Assembly (NCBI GenBank): GCA_964016885.1
Contig: OZ024761.1
Span: forward strand, 12,710,001-12,774,000
Length of the DNA stretch: 64,000 nucleotides
Source of the DNA: Eledone cirrhosa
Taxonomy: Eukaryota
Direction: 5' to 3'
Shown: positions 53,641 through 64,000 of the stretch, piece after piece
How positions within the stretch are numbered: position 1 is the stretch's first letter
How the letters are laid out: each line of letters begins with the position of its first letter
Position numbers and translations under genes: made by a program
The notes under the pieces: generated by a model
What the model was told of the DNA's origin: nothing
The model's input: only the letters and a program-made list of their open reading frames with translations
The model's database searches: none

Positions 53641-56042
53641 CTTCTCTGTGGGGGAATGTATCTTCCAACAGTGACCTTGAAGTCCTTCGCTGAGGGGGAA
53701 TGTACCGCCCGACAGTGACCTTGAAGTCCTTCCCTAAATAGGAATTTGTCTCCCAATAGTGACCTTGAGGAAACGAGACAGGCAAATGGAGAGAGAGAGA
53801 TTTTTAGATTAGAAAAAGCCACTATTATTTTGGTAAGGTGTGATAAGCTCAATCCATTGATAAAGTCAACAGCATACAGGAATGTCCAATGTATGTTCCA
53901 TAGGGTTGAGAAATTGGTAAATGAAGATGGTATAAGCCTTAGAGCATCAGTAGTTAGCATAAAATGAGAAACCAAGGTTGTTAATCAAATTTCATCTTTA
54001 ATCTTTACAAATTTTTCAAGGGGATAAGCCCGGTGCTGGCGCATAGAATAGAATTGGTGAATTAATCGATAAAAGATCAATAATCAATAATTTAAGTAGC
54101 ACCAAAATACAGATCACCATTTCTTCATGAAAAAACCAAAGATATTGATTTTCTTAACCCTTTAGCATTTAAACCGGCTGTATCTGGCCAGAATTCTCTC
54201 ATCTCTTTCTGTTCAAACCAGCCGTAACTGGTTGCTCATCCAACATTAAGGTATTGTTCTCAAAATAAATATAAAAATCTCATCGATTTGATATTATGTA
54301 AGATAAAGCCTTTACTGTGAAAATACAATAGTATATATAGAGTAATATGAGTGTTATGTGAAGTAAAGCCTTTACTGAAAATACAATAGTATATATAGAG
54401 TAATATGAGTGTTATGTGAAGTAAAGCCTTTACTGTGAAAATACAATAGTAAATATAGGGTAATGTAAATGTTATGAGATATTATGTGAGGTAAAGCCTT
54501 TACCATGAAAATACAATAGTAAATATAGAGTAATGTAAATGTTATGTGAAGTAAAGCCTTTACTGTGAAAATACAAATATATAGAGTAATGTAAATGGTA
54601 AAGGGTTAACACATCCATGAGAATAGGAAAAAACAAAATACAGGCAAACTTTCGAAGTACAAATATATAAAATATAAAGCAAATGATTTTTATGACTGAG
54701 AAATATACAAGTAGAGGCATTAGAGGTGAAATTGTGCCATACCAGTAATATAATAAAAACCATGTGTATTTGTCTGTAATGCACTACAGATGGCTGAGGA
54801 AGGAAAGGGTGATTACAAACTCCAGAAAACAGTGTCTGTGTGTCTATATCTATGGCGAGTTAGCTACACACATTGGCTGTTATGATTATGAGAGTGTTTG
54901 TGTGTGTATGTGTGTTTGTGTAAATTATATTTGTCTATAATATTTGTGTATGTTTATTTAAAAAGATACACATATATATATAAACAGACACACTTAGAAA
55001 AAAATAATTATTACATACAAACCCATCTATGTGATGACTGAGGAAGGCGGGGTGGGTATATGTGTGTGTGAGAAACTGTAGAAGTCCAGCGTTCTAAGAT
55101 TCATCACAGCTGTGTGTTTGTGTGTTCATATCAGTTATGTGAGTGAACACGAAGAAACCAACCAACAAACATTTCTCTTTTATATTATGTATAGATATTA
55201 CAATTAGCTGTCATTTTTGACATTGCGGGGCCAGCTAGTATATATTTAAATTTGAGCGACTTACAATGTGTGTGAATGTATGTATGTGTAAAACGAAGGA
55301 AGGGGGATGGTGAAAAAACTATAGCAAAACAGTGGCTGGTGTTCCATTTGCTATGCTGTGTGCAAGTGTATATGTGTGTGTGAATGTAAACAGAAAACAT
55401 GAGTGGAATAGCAACAACATCACAACTAGTAATTAAGGACAAAATGAAGACATACAGAGGCGCACAAAAACCAAACTAACAAAACAAATCAGTCACACAC
55501 ATAGAACAAACAACCAACTAGTGACAAGTGAATAAGCACATACATAAATAAATAAAAACACACACACATACACACTCAGATGTAACGCATGCACAAACCA
55601 AGCACACAACTCACAAAAACAAGATGCTGTAGGACAACAAAGGAGAGACAAAATAAGAAACCAGTCACTGAGGAGGTCACAGAAAGTGTGACGAAAGAGC
55701 TTTGACAATATATAAACAACTATCTGGTTATTGAACCAACCAACCGGAAATTTATAATAAATTGAAGTGAAAACGAACAGGTGCGTGTATTTTTATTGCC
55801 AGCATGACCCTCCCAAAGTATAACAATATATATATATAATCATTTAATATAGAAATGGCTCCTACAGGACCAGAACTATTTCATTCCTGATGATTTTATA
55901 CAAATGAAACAGTTCTAGTCCTGTAGAAGCCATTTCTATATTAATTAATGATGTTCACACTCTACTAATGTATTGAGTACCTTATTTACTGTGGTTACCC
56001 CCGATTTAACTTGGGATCTACACATATATATAGTATATATAA

Positions 56043-56392
56043 TGGGGTGTCCACAAAAAATGTATACACACTTTAAAAAAGACATTTAAATAAATTCCGT
56101 TTTATTTGTATTATCTAAATTATGAGTTCAAATCCCGTCGAGGTTAGCTTTGCCTTTCATCCTTATGGGGTTGGTAAAATACAATACCAGTAACGTACTG
56201 GGATAATTGCTGGTCTTATGCCAGAGGTAGAAACAATTATTTAAATTATGTAAACAATTTTTGGGTGTTTACATACAATTGAATTATGTCTGTAGATCAT
56301 TTTATTTTTAGGAGAGGTTGTGCATTCTAATAAATTAATAAATATTGCCTGTGCAGGTAATCTAAGTGTGTATACATTTTTTGGGACACCCT
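56043..56392. mobile_element. Tc1/mariner-type MITE with a nested SINE
   Basis: Ends GGGTGTCCACAAAAAATGTATACACAC / GTGTGTATACATTTTTTGGGACACCC; SINE at ~56122-56240; related end at 14033-14065. Confidence 0.7.
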
Positions 56393-57104
56393 ATATATAT
56401 ATATGAAAAAGTATGATCCCGACGGCAGAGCTCAAGCCATTTCGCCGGCTATTTCTGGACTCAGTCCAGAAATAACCATCGAAACGGCTTGAGCTCTGCC
56501 GTCAGGGTCATACTTTTTTCCTATTTCCCACTCTACTACCCTAAGTATTGAGTACTCTGGTGCATTATGGTCCATCTGGTTCCTTACCACAATTCCTTTG
56601 TTATATATATATACATATACATATATACATATACATATATACACAGATAAATCCACCAATTAATGGTAGGGTCTAAGCCATATAAAGAACTCAATGTAAT
56701 CCGTATGTAGATGTCGTGAAGCAAAGTTTGTTTTCACTATTTGTATATATATATACATATATAAACATATTAAATTTAAGTGAAAAAACTCTATGGGAGT
56801 ATAAGCCAGATGGACCAAAAAAAGTGTTTAGTCTGTTTCACTTATATCTATCTATCTCTCTCTACTATAGTTTGGTTTGAGGTAGAAGCAAGTATTGGAT
56901 TAGACCAATATTTGAAGGATTCATGAACTCATCAGGAAAGTTTTCTTCAATTTATCATGAAAATCTACATACTAGTTGCCAGTCCAGCATGATGTACAAA
57001 AACACATTGTGTAATTGATCTATGATATGAATAATAATAATGTCTCTTAACATTAGGACTACTTGAAAGGCTTTTAATACCCTTAGAAATATCAATATAT
57101 ATAT

Positions 57105-57640
57105 ATCATCATCATCATTTTATGTCAGCTTTTTCCTGCTTGCAAGGGTGGGACGGGTCTTATTTTCAGCACAGCATCTCTCCACTTGTCACGGTCCTTT
57201 GTCATTTCCTCCGTGAGCTTCAGCGATCTGAGGTCTGTTCTCACCACCTCCGCCCATGTTTTTCATGGTCTTTCTCTACTGCGTCTTCCTTCTACTGGGA
57301 TTTCTTGGCACTTCTTCACCCAGCGGTCATCCTCCATGTGCATCACATGTCTATATCATCTCAGTCTTCTCGCCTGCTCACCACAACTTATCCCTCTTAT
57401 ACCCAGTTTCTCTCTCAACTCATCCATGCTTGGTCGTTCACGCACATTGACATTGCATATCCAACAGAGCATGCTTGCTTCATTTTTCTCCAGCCGTCGC
57501 ATATCCTCTGTAGTTGCTGCCCATGTCTCACTACCATGCAGCATCATGCATCTCACACAGGCATCATTTAACTGGCCTTTCGTACGCAGGGAGAAACCCT
57601 TCTTCTTCAGCAGAGGAAACAGCTCCCTAAACTTCTTCCA
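57105..57640 (-). mobile_element. RTE LINE 3' fragment
   Basis: WKKFRELFPLL..KGFSLRTKG and MLHGSETW motifs; (GAT)n tail. Confidence 0.88.
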
Positions 57641-58365
57641 ATATTTATTTATAAGAACAGAATAATATTTAAGCAAAGAATCGCTGCTTTCAACCTTAAC
57701 AGGATTTTCTGATTATATATATATATATATATATATATATAATCCTTATCGAGCCCTCTTCAAATTTTAGTCTTCACATTTATTATTACTATTATATATA
57801 TATATTAGGTTATGCAAGAAATGCTTAGGATTATCCTGAATGCAGTAATCGTTAATTACTACACTAGATAGAGTTGACGTACGGTGAGGGGTTACTCAAC
57901 GAGTTATGGAAGAATAGTCGGAAAATTCAGTTTCAGATCCTTCTGTATTCCGGAGTGTAGATAAAGAATGAATAATAACAGACATCATAAAAAGGTAATT
58001 TATTCTGAGTGCTTACAAATGTTTCAACTGTTGAAACATTTGTAAGCACTCGGAATAAATTACCTTTTTATGATGTCTACTTGTTATTATTCATTCTTTA
58101 TATAAGTGTATAAGTATATATATATATATGAAAGACGTAAAATAAGAAAATTATAAAAATTAACTTACTTAGTAAAATTTCACTCCAACTAATTAGTTTC
58201 TGAAAGGGAATAAACAATATATATAAGTAGTTTCACAATAGTCAATTCACCATTTCTGAGAACAATTTGTTTCACCTCAGATGGATCATCAGCTTGGTTT
58301 AAAAAAAAAGTGCTCTACAACTGTGGATATAACCCACCAGTGTTCTAGCAATATATATATATATA

Positions 58366-58652
58366 TATCTAGGGCAGGTAAAATTCCCAAGATCCATGGA
58401 CGAGCTCTCTCCAGCGGTTTCTGTCCCTCATTATTGCTGCCATGTCCTGCGTCTCCAACAGACCAGTGTCTATCCTTATGGCATCAACATATGTCAACCT
58501 CGGTCTTCCTCTTCCAGTGTGTACCATGTAGGGGCTCCCACAGAAGCACTGAGTGCAGTGTCAACTCTGGATGTCGGTGAGAATGTCCAGCTAACCTCTG
58601 TCTCCTCTGTGCTACTCTCGAGCTGTCTTTTGGGAGGCTCCTGTATAGCTTG
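58366..58652 (-). mobile_element. RTE LINE 3' fragment, same family as 1822-2260
   Basis: RLAGHSHRHPELTLHSVLLWEPLHG nearly identical to the first copy; ends in (TA)n. Confidence 0.88.
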
Positions 58653-58658
58653 ATATAT

Positions 58659-59290
58659 ATCATCATCATCATTTTACGTCCGCTTTTCCCTGCTTGCAAG
58701 GGTGGGACGGGTCTTATTCAGCACAGCATCTCTCCACTCGTCACGGTCCCTCGTCATCTCCACCGTGAGCTTCAATGATCTGAGGTCTGTTCTCACCACC
58801 TCCGCCCATGTTTTTCGTGGTCTACCTCTACCACGTCTTCCTTCAACTGGCATTTCCTGGCACTTCTTCACCCATCGGTCATCCTCCATGTGCATCACAT
58901 GTCCATACCACCTCAGTCTCCTCTCCCGTACACTACATTCTATCCCTCTCAGACACAGTTTCTCTCTCAACACATTTATGCTGGGTAGTTCACGCACATT
59001 TACACTGCACATCCAACGGAGCATGCTTGCCTCATTTCTCTCCAGTGGTTGCTGCCCATGTCTCACTACCATGCAGCATCGCGCTCCTCACACAGGCATC
59101 ATACAACCGGCCTTTCGTACGCAGGGAGAAACCCTTCTTCGTCAACAGAGGAAGCAGCTCCCTAAACTTCTTCCAACCCGTCCTTATTCTAGATACTATG
59201 GCCTCGGAACACCCTCCTCCCATGCTAATCTGATCTCCCAGGTACCGGAAGCTATCCACCACTTCTATAGCGCCCTCTCGCATTTGAAAA
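58659..59290 (-). mobile_element. RTE LINE 3' fragment with (GAT)n tail
   Basis: [38 protein letters not shown] and KTRPTLASREKRT* motifs. Confidence 0.92.
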
Positions 59291-59333
<43 letters not shown>

Positions 59334-59501
59334 AAGCCCAAATCACACTTGAGGGAGGGGGCTTCTCTGAGTAGATTATTGATTTATCAATTTATTGATA
59401 AATCTTATCCTGTTATTGAGATGCTTACGTATTAGAGACAATTACTTCATAAGGTTGTAAATTAAATATATATATATGTGTATATATATATATACATATA
59501 T

Positions 59502-59838
59502 GGAGGCACATGGCTTAGTGGTTAGAGCATTGGGCTTGCAATCGAAAGGTTGTGAGTTCAATCCTCAGACCGGGTGATGTGTTGTTTCCTTGAGCAAGAC
59601 ACTTTATTTCACATTGCTCCAGTTTACTCAGCTGTAGAAATGAGATGATAGGGACTGGGGTCCATATCATTCCACTGCAAAGTGGTCGTGGAGGTGCCAC
59701 GGCAAAACAAGCACCCAGCACTCACTGTAAATGAGGTTGGTGTTAGGAAGGGCATCCAGCTGTAGAAATCAAGCCAGAATCAGTTCCCGTCCCACCCTTG
59801 CAAGCAGGGAAAAGCGGACGTAAAATGAAATGAAATGA
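59502..59838 (+). mobile_element. Full-length tRNA-derived SINE with RTE-derived 3' tail
   Basis: GGAGGCACATGGCTTAGTGGTTAGAGC...GAGTTCAATCC head; tail cccgtcccacccttgcaagcagggaaaagcggacgtaaaatga equals the reverse complement of 58669-58711. Confidence 0.88.
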
Positions 59839-60266
59839 TATGTATATATGTAGCACTCTATATGTATATATATATATATATATACATATGTATATATGTA
59901 GCACTCTATATGTATATATGTACATGTATGTATATGAAATAAGCTGTATTTAAGACAGTTACTTTGTATACATTTATTAAAATAACATTAAAGTTTAAGC
60001 AAAGAATCGCTGCTTTCACCCTTAATGGGATCTTCTGAAGAACCTGTTAAGGGTGAAAGCAGCAATTCTTTGCTTAAACTTTAATCTGTTATTTTAATAA
60101 ATATTTGCTCTAGGGTTCTTATATATTTGATATATATTTATCTGTATCGAGCCCTCTGGATTTTAGTCTTCACATTTATTATTGTTACTATATATATATA
60201 TATATATATATGTATATAATGAAATGACAGGAGGCTGGATTTGTGTAAATCATTGAAAGGTTTATT

Positions 60267-60324
60267 ATACTATGATCATTTCAATGACCAGATTCCGTAT
60301 GAATCCGGTGATATCATCAGGTAT
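60267..60324 (-). ncRNA. Minimal type I hammerhead ribozyme motif
   Basis: ATAC-CTGATGA-long stem II (ACCGGATTC/GAATCTGGT)-GAAA-T-GATC-ATA-GTAT. Confidence 0.65.
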
Positions 60325-61421
60325 TCAAAATATAATACGTGAATGTAATAGATAAAATCTATGGGGCTGAAAATCGAGGACCCGAGGGCGACCGCTATTC
60401 AGCACCTTCTACCTTTGCTGGTCGCCCTCGATATATATATATGTACACACACACACATATATATATATGTAATATAGGCAAGTACTGCACCAAGAAGAAA
60501 TGTAGACTTTGGCGTGAAAGGAGAGAAAGAATTTATTTGCTTTAACATATGTTTCTGTGTTTATTATAATAGTCTACATATGCTGACTACAATATATATT
60601 GTTTAATCATATCTAATACTTAATTATTTATCACATGTCTTCAGAAAGCTTTTAATTGTTTGTGGTAGTGTCCTTCCAGTATATATATATATATATCGCA
60701 GTAATACAGAAGACCCGACTTCCCACGGGTACAAGCCGAAGCTGAAGCATATAGACAATATGCCTCCACCCCCTCCTACTTCAAAGTGGATGTGTAGGCG
60801 CCACGGCAAAAAAGCACCCAGCACTCACTGTAAATGAGGTTGGTGTTAGGAAGGGCATTCAGCTGTAGAAATCAAGCCAGAATTAGTTCCAGTATGTGCA
60901 AGACATGGTCAGCTGACTGGACACTGCCCACAACAGGACAACCCATCTAACCCATACTATAGTGTGGAAGAACAGATGTAAAATGGTGGTGATGATGATG
61001 ATGATATATTTACTCTCATTTCTTCTGCTCCTCCTCTTTCTCTCTCTCTCTCTCTCTCATATACACGCACACAGATATACATGTGTGTGTCTGTCTTTGT
61101 AAAACAAAAAAATTACATATCAGGACACAGAAACAGGAATAAAAGTCTAGAAAAGCAGCAAATATTACCAAACTAAAGCTGTACCATTCTACCATTCTAC
61201 CATTCTACCATTCTTCTGAAAGCACCAAAGAAAATACAATTGATTGTATTGTGATTCAATGAAAACCTCGATAATACAATTTTTCAAGTGGATAGGAGGC
61301 GGATGATAACTGAATAGATCTCTCTCTCTCTCGCTCTCTCTTGCTCTCTCTCTCGCTCTCTCTTGCTCTCTCTCTCGCTCTCTCTCGATATTTTGTTTGA
61401 GTTCCTTGACCAGACATCTAG

Positions 61422-61561
61422 ATATACACAGAATGGTATCCTCCACATGCTTGATCGCAACCGTAGAATCAAACAACGTCCAGAGAGGTTCCAGAATTGT
61501 CATGAACAGTTTGATGTGATAGTGTCTTGTGAAGAGAGAGTATATGACCAAATTCTAGAAG
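61422..61561 (+). CDS. SSU72: SSU72 coding exon (140 nt)
   Basis: YTQNGILHMLDRNRRIKQRPERFQNCHEQFDVIVSCEERVYDQILE; donor G|GTTAGT. Confidence 0.96.
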
Positions 61562-61679
61562 GTTAGTAGTCAAATATTCACATTTCTTTAAATATCTTCA
61601 TTGTACATCTGCTTTCCATGGTGGATGGGTGGTATGTTACCATCTGATCCATGGTGGGGTTTTGTTGCCACACCACAAC

Positions 61680-62914
61680 CAACACCACACCACACTACAC
61701 TACACTACACTACACTACACTACACTACACTACACCACAACCAATAACCAATAACCACACCATACTACACCACACCATACTACACCACACCATACTACAC
61801 CACACCATACTACACCACACCACACTACACCACACCACACTACACCACACCACACCACTCCACACCACACTACACTACACTACACTACACCACACTACAC
61901 CACAACCAATAACCACACCACACTACACCACACCACTCCACACCATACCACACCACACCATACCACACTACACCACTCCACACCACAACCAATAACCACA
62001 TCACTTACCACATCACTTACAACACCACCACAACCAATAACCACACCACACTACACCCCACCCCACACTACACCACCCCACACCACACCACACCACCCCA
62101 CACTACACCACCCCACCCCACACCACACCACACCACACCACACCACAACCAATAACCACATCACTTACCACACTACACCACACTACACCACCCCACCCCA
62201 CACTACACCACACCACACCACACCACACCACACCACACCACACCACACCACACCACACCACACCACACCACACCACACCACACCACACCACAACCAATAA
62301 CCACACTCACTACACCACACTCACTACACCACACACCTCCACACCACACTCACTACTACATCACACCACACCACACTACGCTACACCACACCACACTACG
62401 CTACACCACACTACGCCACACCACACCACACCACACCACACTACGCCACACCACACCACACCACACCACACCACACCACACCACACCACACCACACTCAC
62501 TACTACATCACACCACACCACACTACGCTACACCACACTACGCCACACCACACCACACCACAACACACCACAACACACCACACCACACCACACCACACCA
62601 CACCACACTCACTACTACATCACACTACACTACACTACGCTACGCCACACCACACCACACCACACCACACCACACCACACTCACTACTACATCACACTAC
62701 ACTACACTACGCTACACCACACTACGCCACACCACACCACACCACAACACACCACAACACACCACACCACAACACACCACACCACACCACACCACACCAC
62801 ACCACACTCACTACTACATCACACTACACTACACTACGCTACGCCACGCCACGCCATGCCACGCCCAATAACCACATCACTTACCACACCACACCACACC
62901 ACACCACACCACAC
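61680..62914. repeat. (CACCA/CACTA)n pentanucleotide repeat filling most of the intron
   Basis: Direct reading. Confidence 0.95.
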
Positions 62915-62948
62915 GGCCATTAATCTGTGAAATTGTTGATATTTACAG

Positions 62949-63067
62949 AACTGGAAAGTCGAGAGAAGGAAGACAGTTATCCAACCCACATCATAAATAT
63001 TGATATTCAGGACAACCATGAAGAGGCCACCATTGGGGCTTTTATGATCTGTGATTTAGTTACAAAG
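62949..63067 (+). CDS. SSU72: SSU72 coding exon (119 nt)
   Basis: tttacAG acceptor; ELESREKEDSYPTHIINIDIQDNHEEATIGAFMICDLVTK includes the conserved DIQDNHEEA acid loop; donor AAG|GTAACT; phase fits the previous exon (G|AA). Confidence 0.96.
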
Positions 63068-63073
63068 GTAACT

Positions 63074-63661
63074 TCCACCTCTCTACCACTCTCTCTTCTA
63101 TATCCACCTCTCTACCACTCTCTCTGCTATATCCACCTCTCTACCACTTTCTTTCCCACTCTCTCTTCTATATCCACCTCTCTACCCCTCTCTCTATCTC
63201 TCTCTGTCTCTCTCTTCTATATCCACCTCTCTACCCCTCTCTCTATCTCTCTCTTCTATATCCACCTCTCTACCACTCTCTCTGTCTCTCTCTCTATCTC
63301 TCTCTTCTATATCCACCTCTCTACCACTCTCTCTTCTATATCCACCTCTCTACCACTCTCTCTATCTCTACATCACTGCCTATCTTTATCTCTCTCTCTA
63401 CCTCTCTCTTCTACCTCTCTCTTCTACCTCTCTCTTCTACCTCTCTCTTCTACCTCTCTCTCTACCTCTCTCTCTACCTCTCTCTCTCTACCTCTCTCTC
63501 TACCTCTCTCTCTACCTCTCACTCTACCTCTCACTCTACCTCTCTCTCTACCTCTCTCCTACGTCTATCTCTGTCTCTACCACCTCTCTTTTCTATACCA
63601 CTCTCTCTCCACCTCTCTGTCTCTTTCTCCCTCACTCAACCACTCTCTCCCTCTCTCTCTC
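63074..63661. repeat. CT-rich low-complexity repeat
   Basis: Direct reading. Confidence 0.92.
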
Positions 63662-63885
63662 TATATATATGTATGTGTATATATCATCATCATCATCGTT
63701 TAACGTCCATCTTCCACGCTAGCATGGGTTAGACAGGAGGTGTCCCACTTGAGGCAAGGTAGGTCGGGTGACTGTGTCTCGCTCGTATAGGACTGTCTGG
63801 CAGGTTTTCTACGGCTGGATGCCCTTCCTAACACCAACCACGTTTACAGTATATATATATGTGTGAGTGTGTGTGTATATATATC

Positions 63886-63937
<52 letters not shown>

Positions 63938-64000
63938 GATATTTGTGTGTCCAGCCCGTCCCTTCAATCTATCTTATTTCTCATTCTTCTTTCTTCTAAT

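Larger units (their letters stand above)
37646..61421 (+). other. SSU72: U12-type (minor spliceosome) GT-AG intron of SSU72, 23,776 nt
   Basis: Donor GTATCCCA; branch site TTCCTTGAC at 61402-61410; TAG at 61419-61421 with no pyrimidine tract after the branch site. Splicing restores ...DSEL-YTQNGIL in frame (TT|A). Confidence 0.88.

Noticed and set aside
59502-59575. tRNA-like sequence (also at 43227, ~22000 and ~30460)
   Set aside because: Continues into SINE body and tail; these are SINE heads, not tRNA genes.
62927-63703. 258-aa ORF as a complete protein
   Set aside because: Only 62949-63067 is exon; the rest is read-through into a CT-rich intron repeat.

Overview
Eukaryotic, repeat-dominated DNA. 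The SINE, MITE and microsatellite content suggests a coleoid cephalopod such as Octopus, but that is inference. The only host gene I can support is SSU72 (RNA polymerase II CTD phosphatase) on the + strand, seen as three coding exons: 37502-37645, 61422-61561 and 62949-63067. I did not find the first coding exon (catalytic CSSNQNRS motif) or the last exon in the window. The 23,776-nt intron between the first two visible exons has minor-spliceosome (U12) signals: a GTATCC donor and a TTCCTTGAC branch site 12 nt from the AG. The rest is transposon debris and tandem repeats. It includes CR1 and RTE LINE fragments (one RTE copy has twin-priming geometry), a Penelope-like GIY-YIG element with an inverted terminal repeat, and several minimal hammerhead ribozyme motifs with related fold-back palindromes. 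There are also tRNA-derived SINEs, a TTAA-flanked MITE that repeatedly seeds satellites, a Helitron, mariner fragments and a ~7.5 kb 28-30 bp minisatellite. Most ORFs in the track are repeat artefacts. Repeat boundaries were read by eye and are approximate. I found no convincing evidence of a wholly new multi-gene system.
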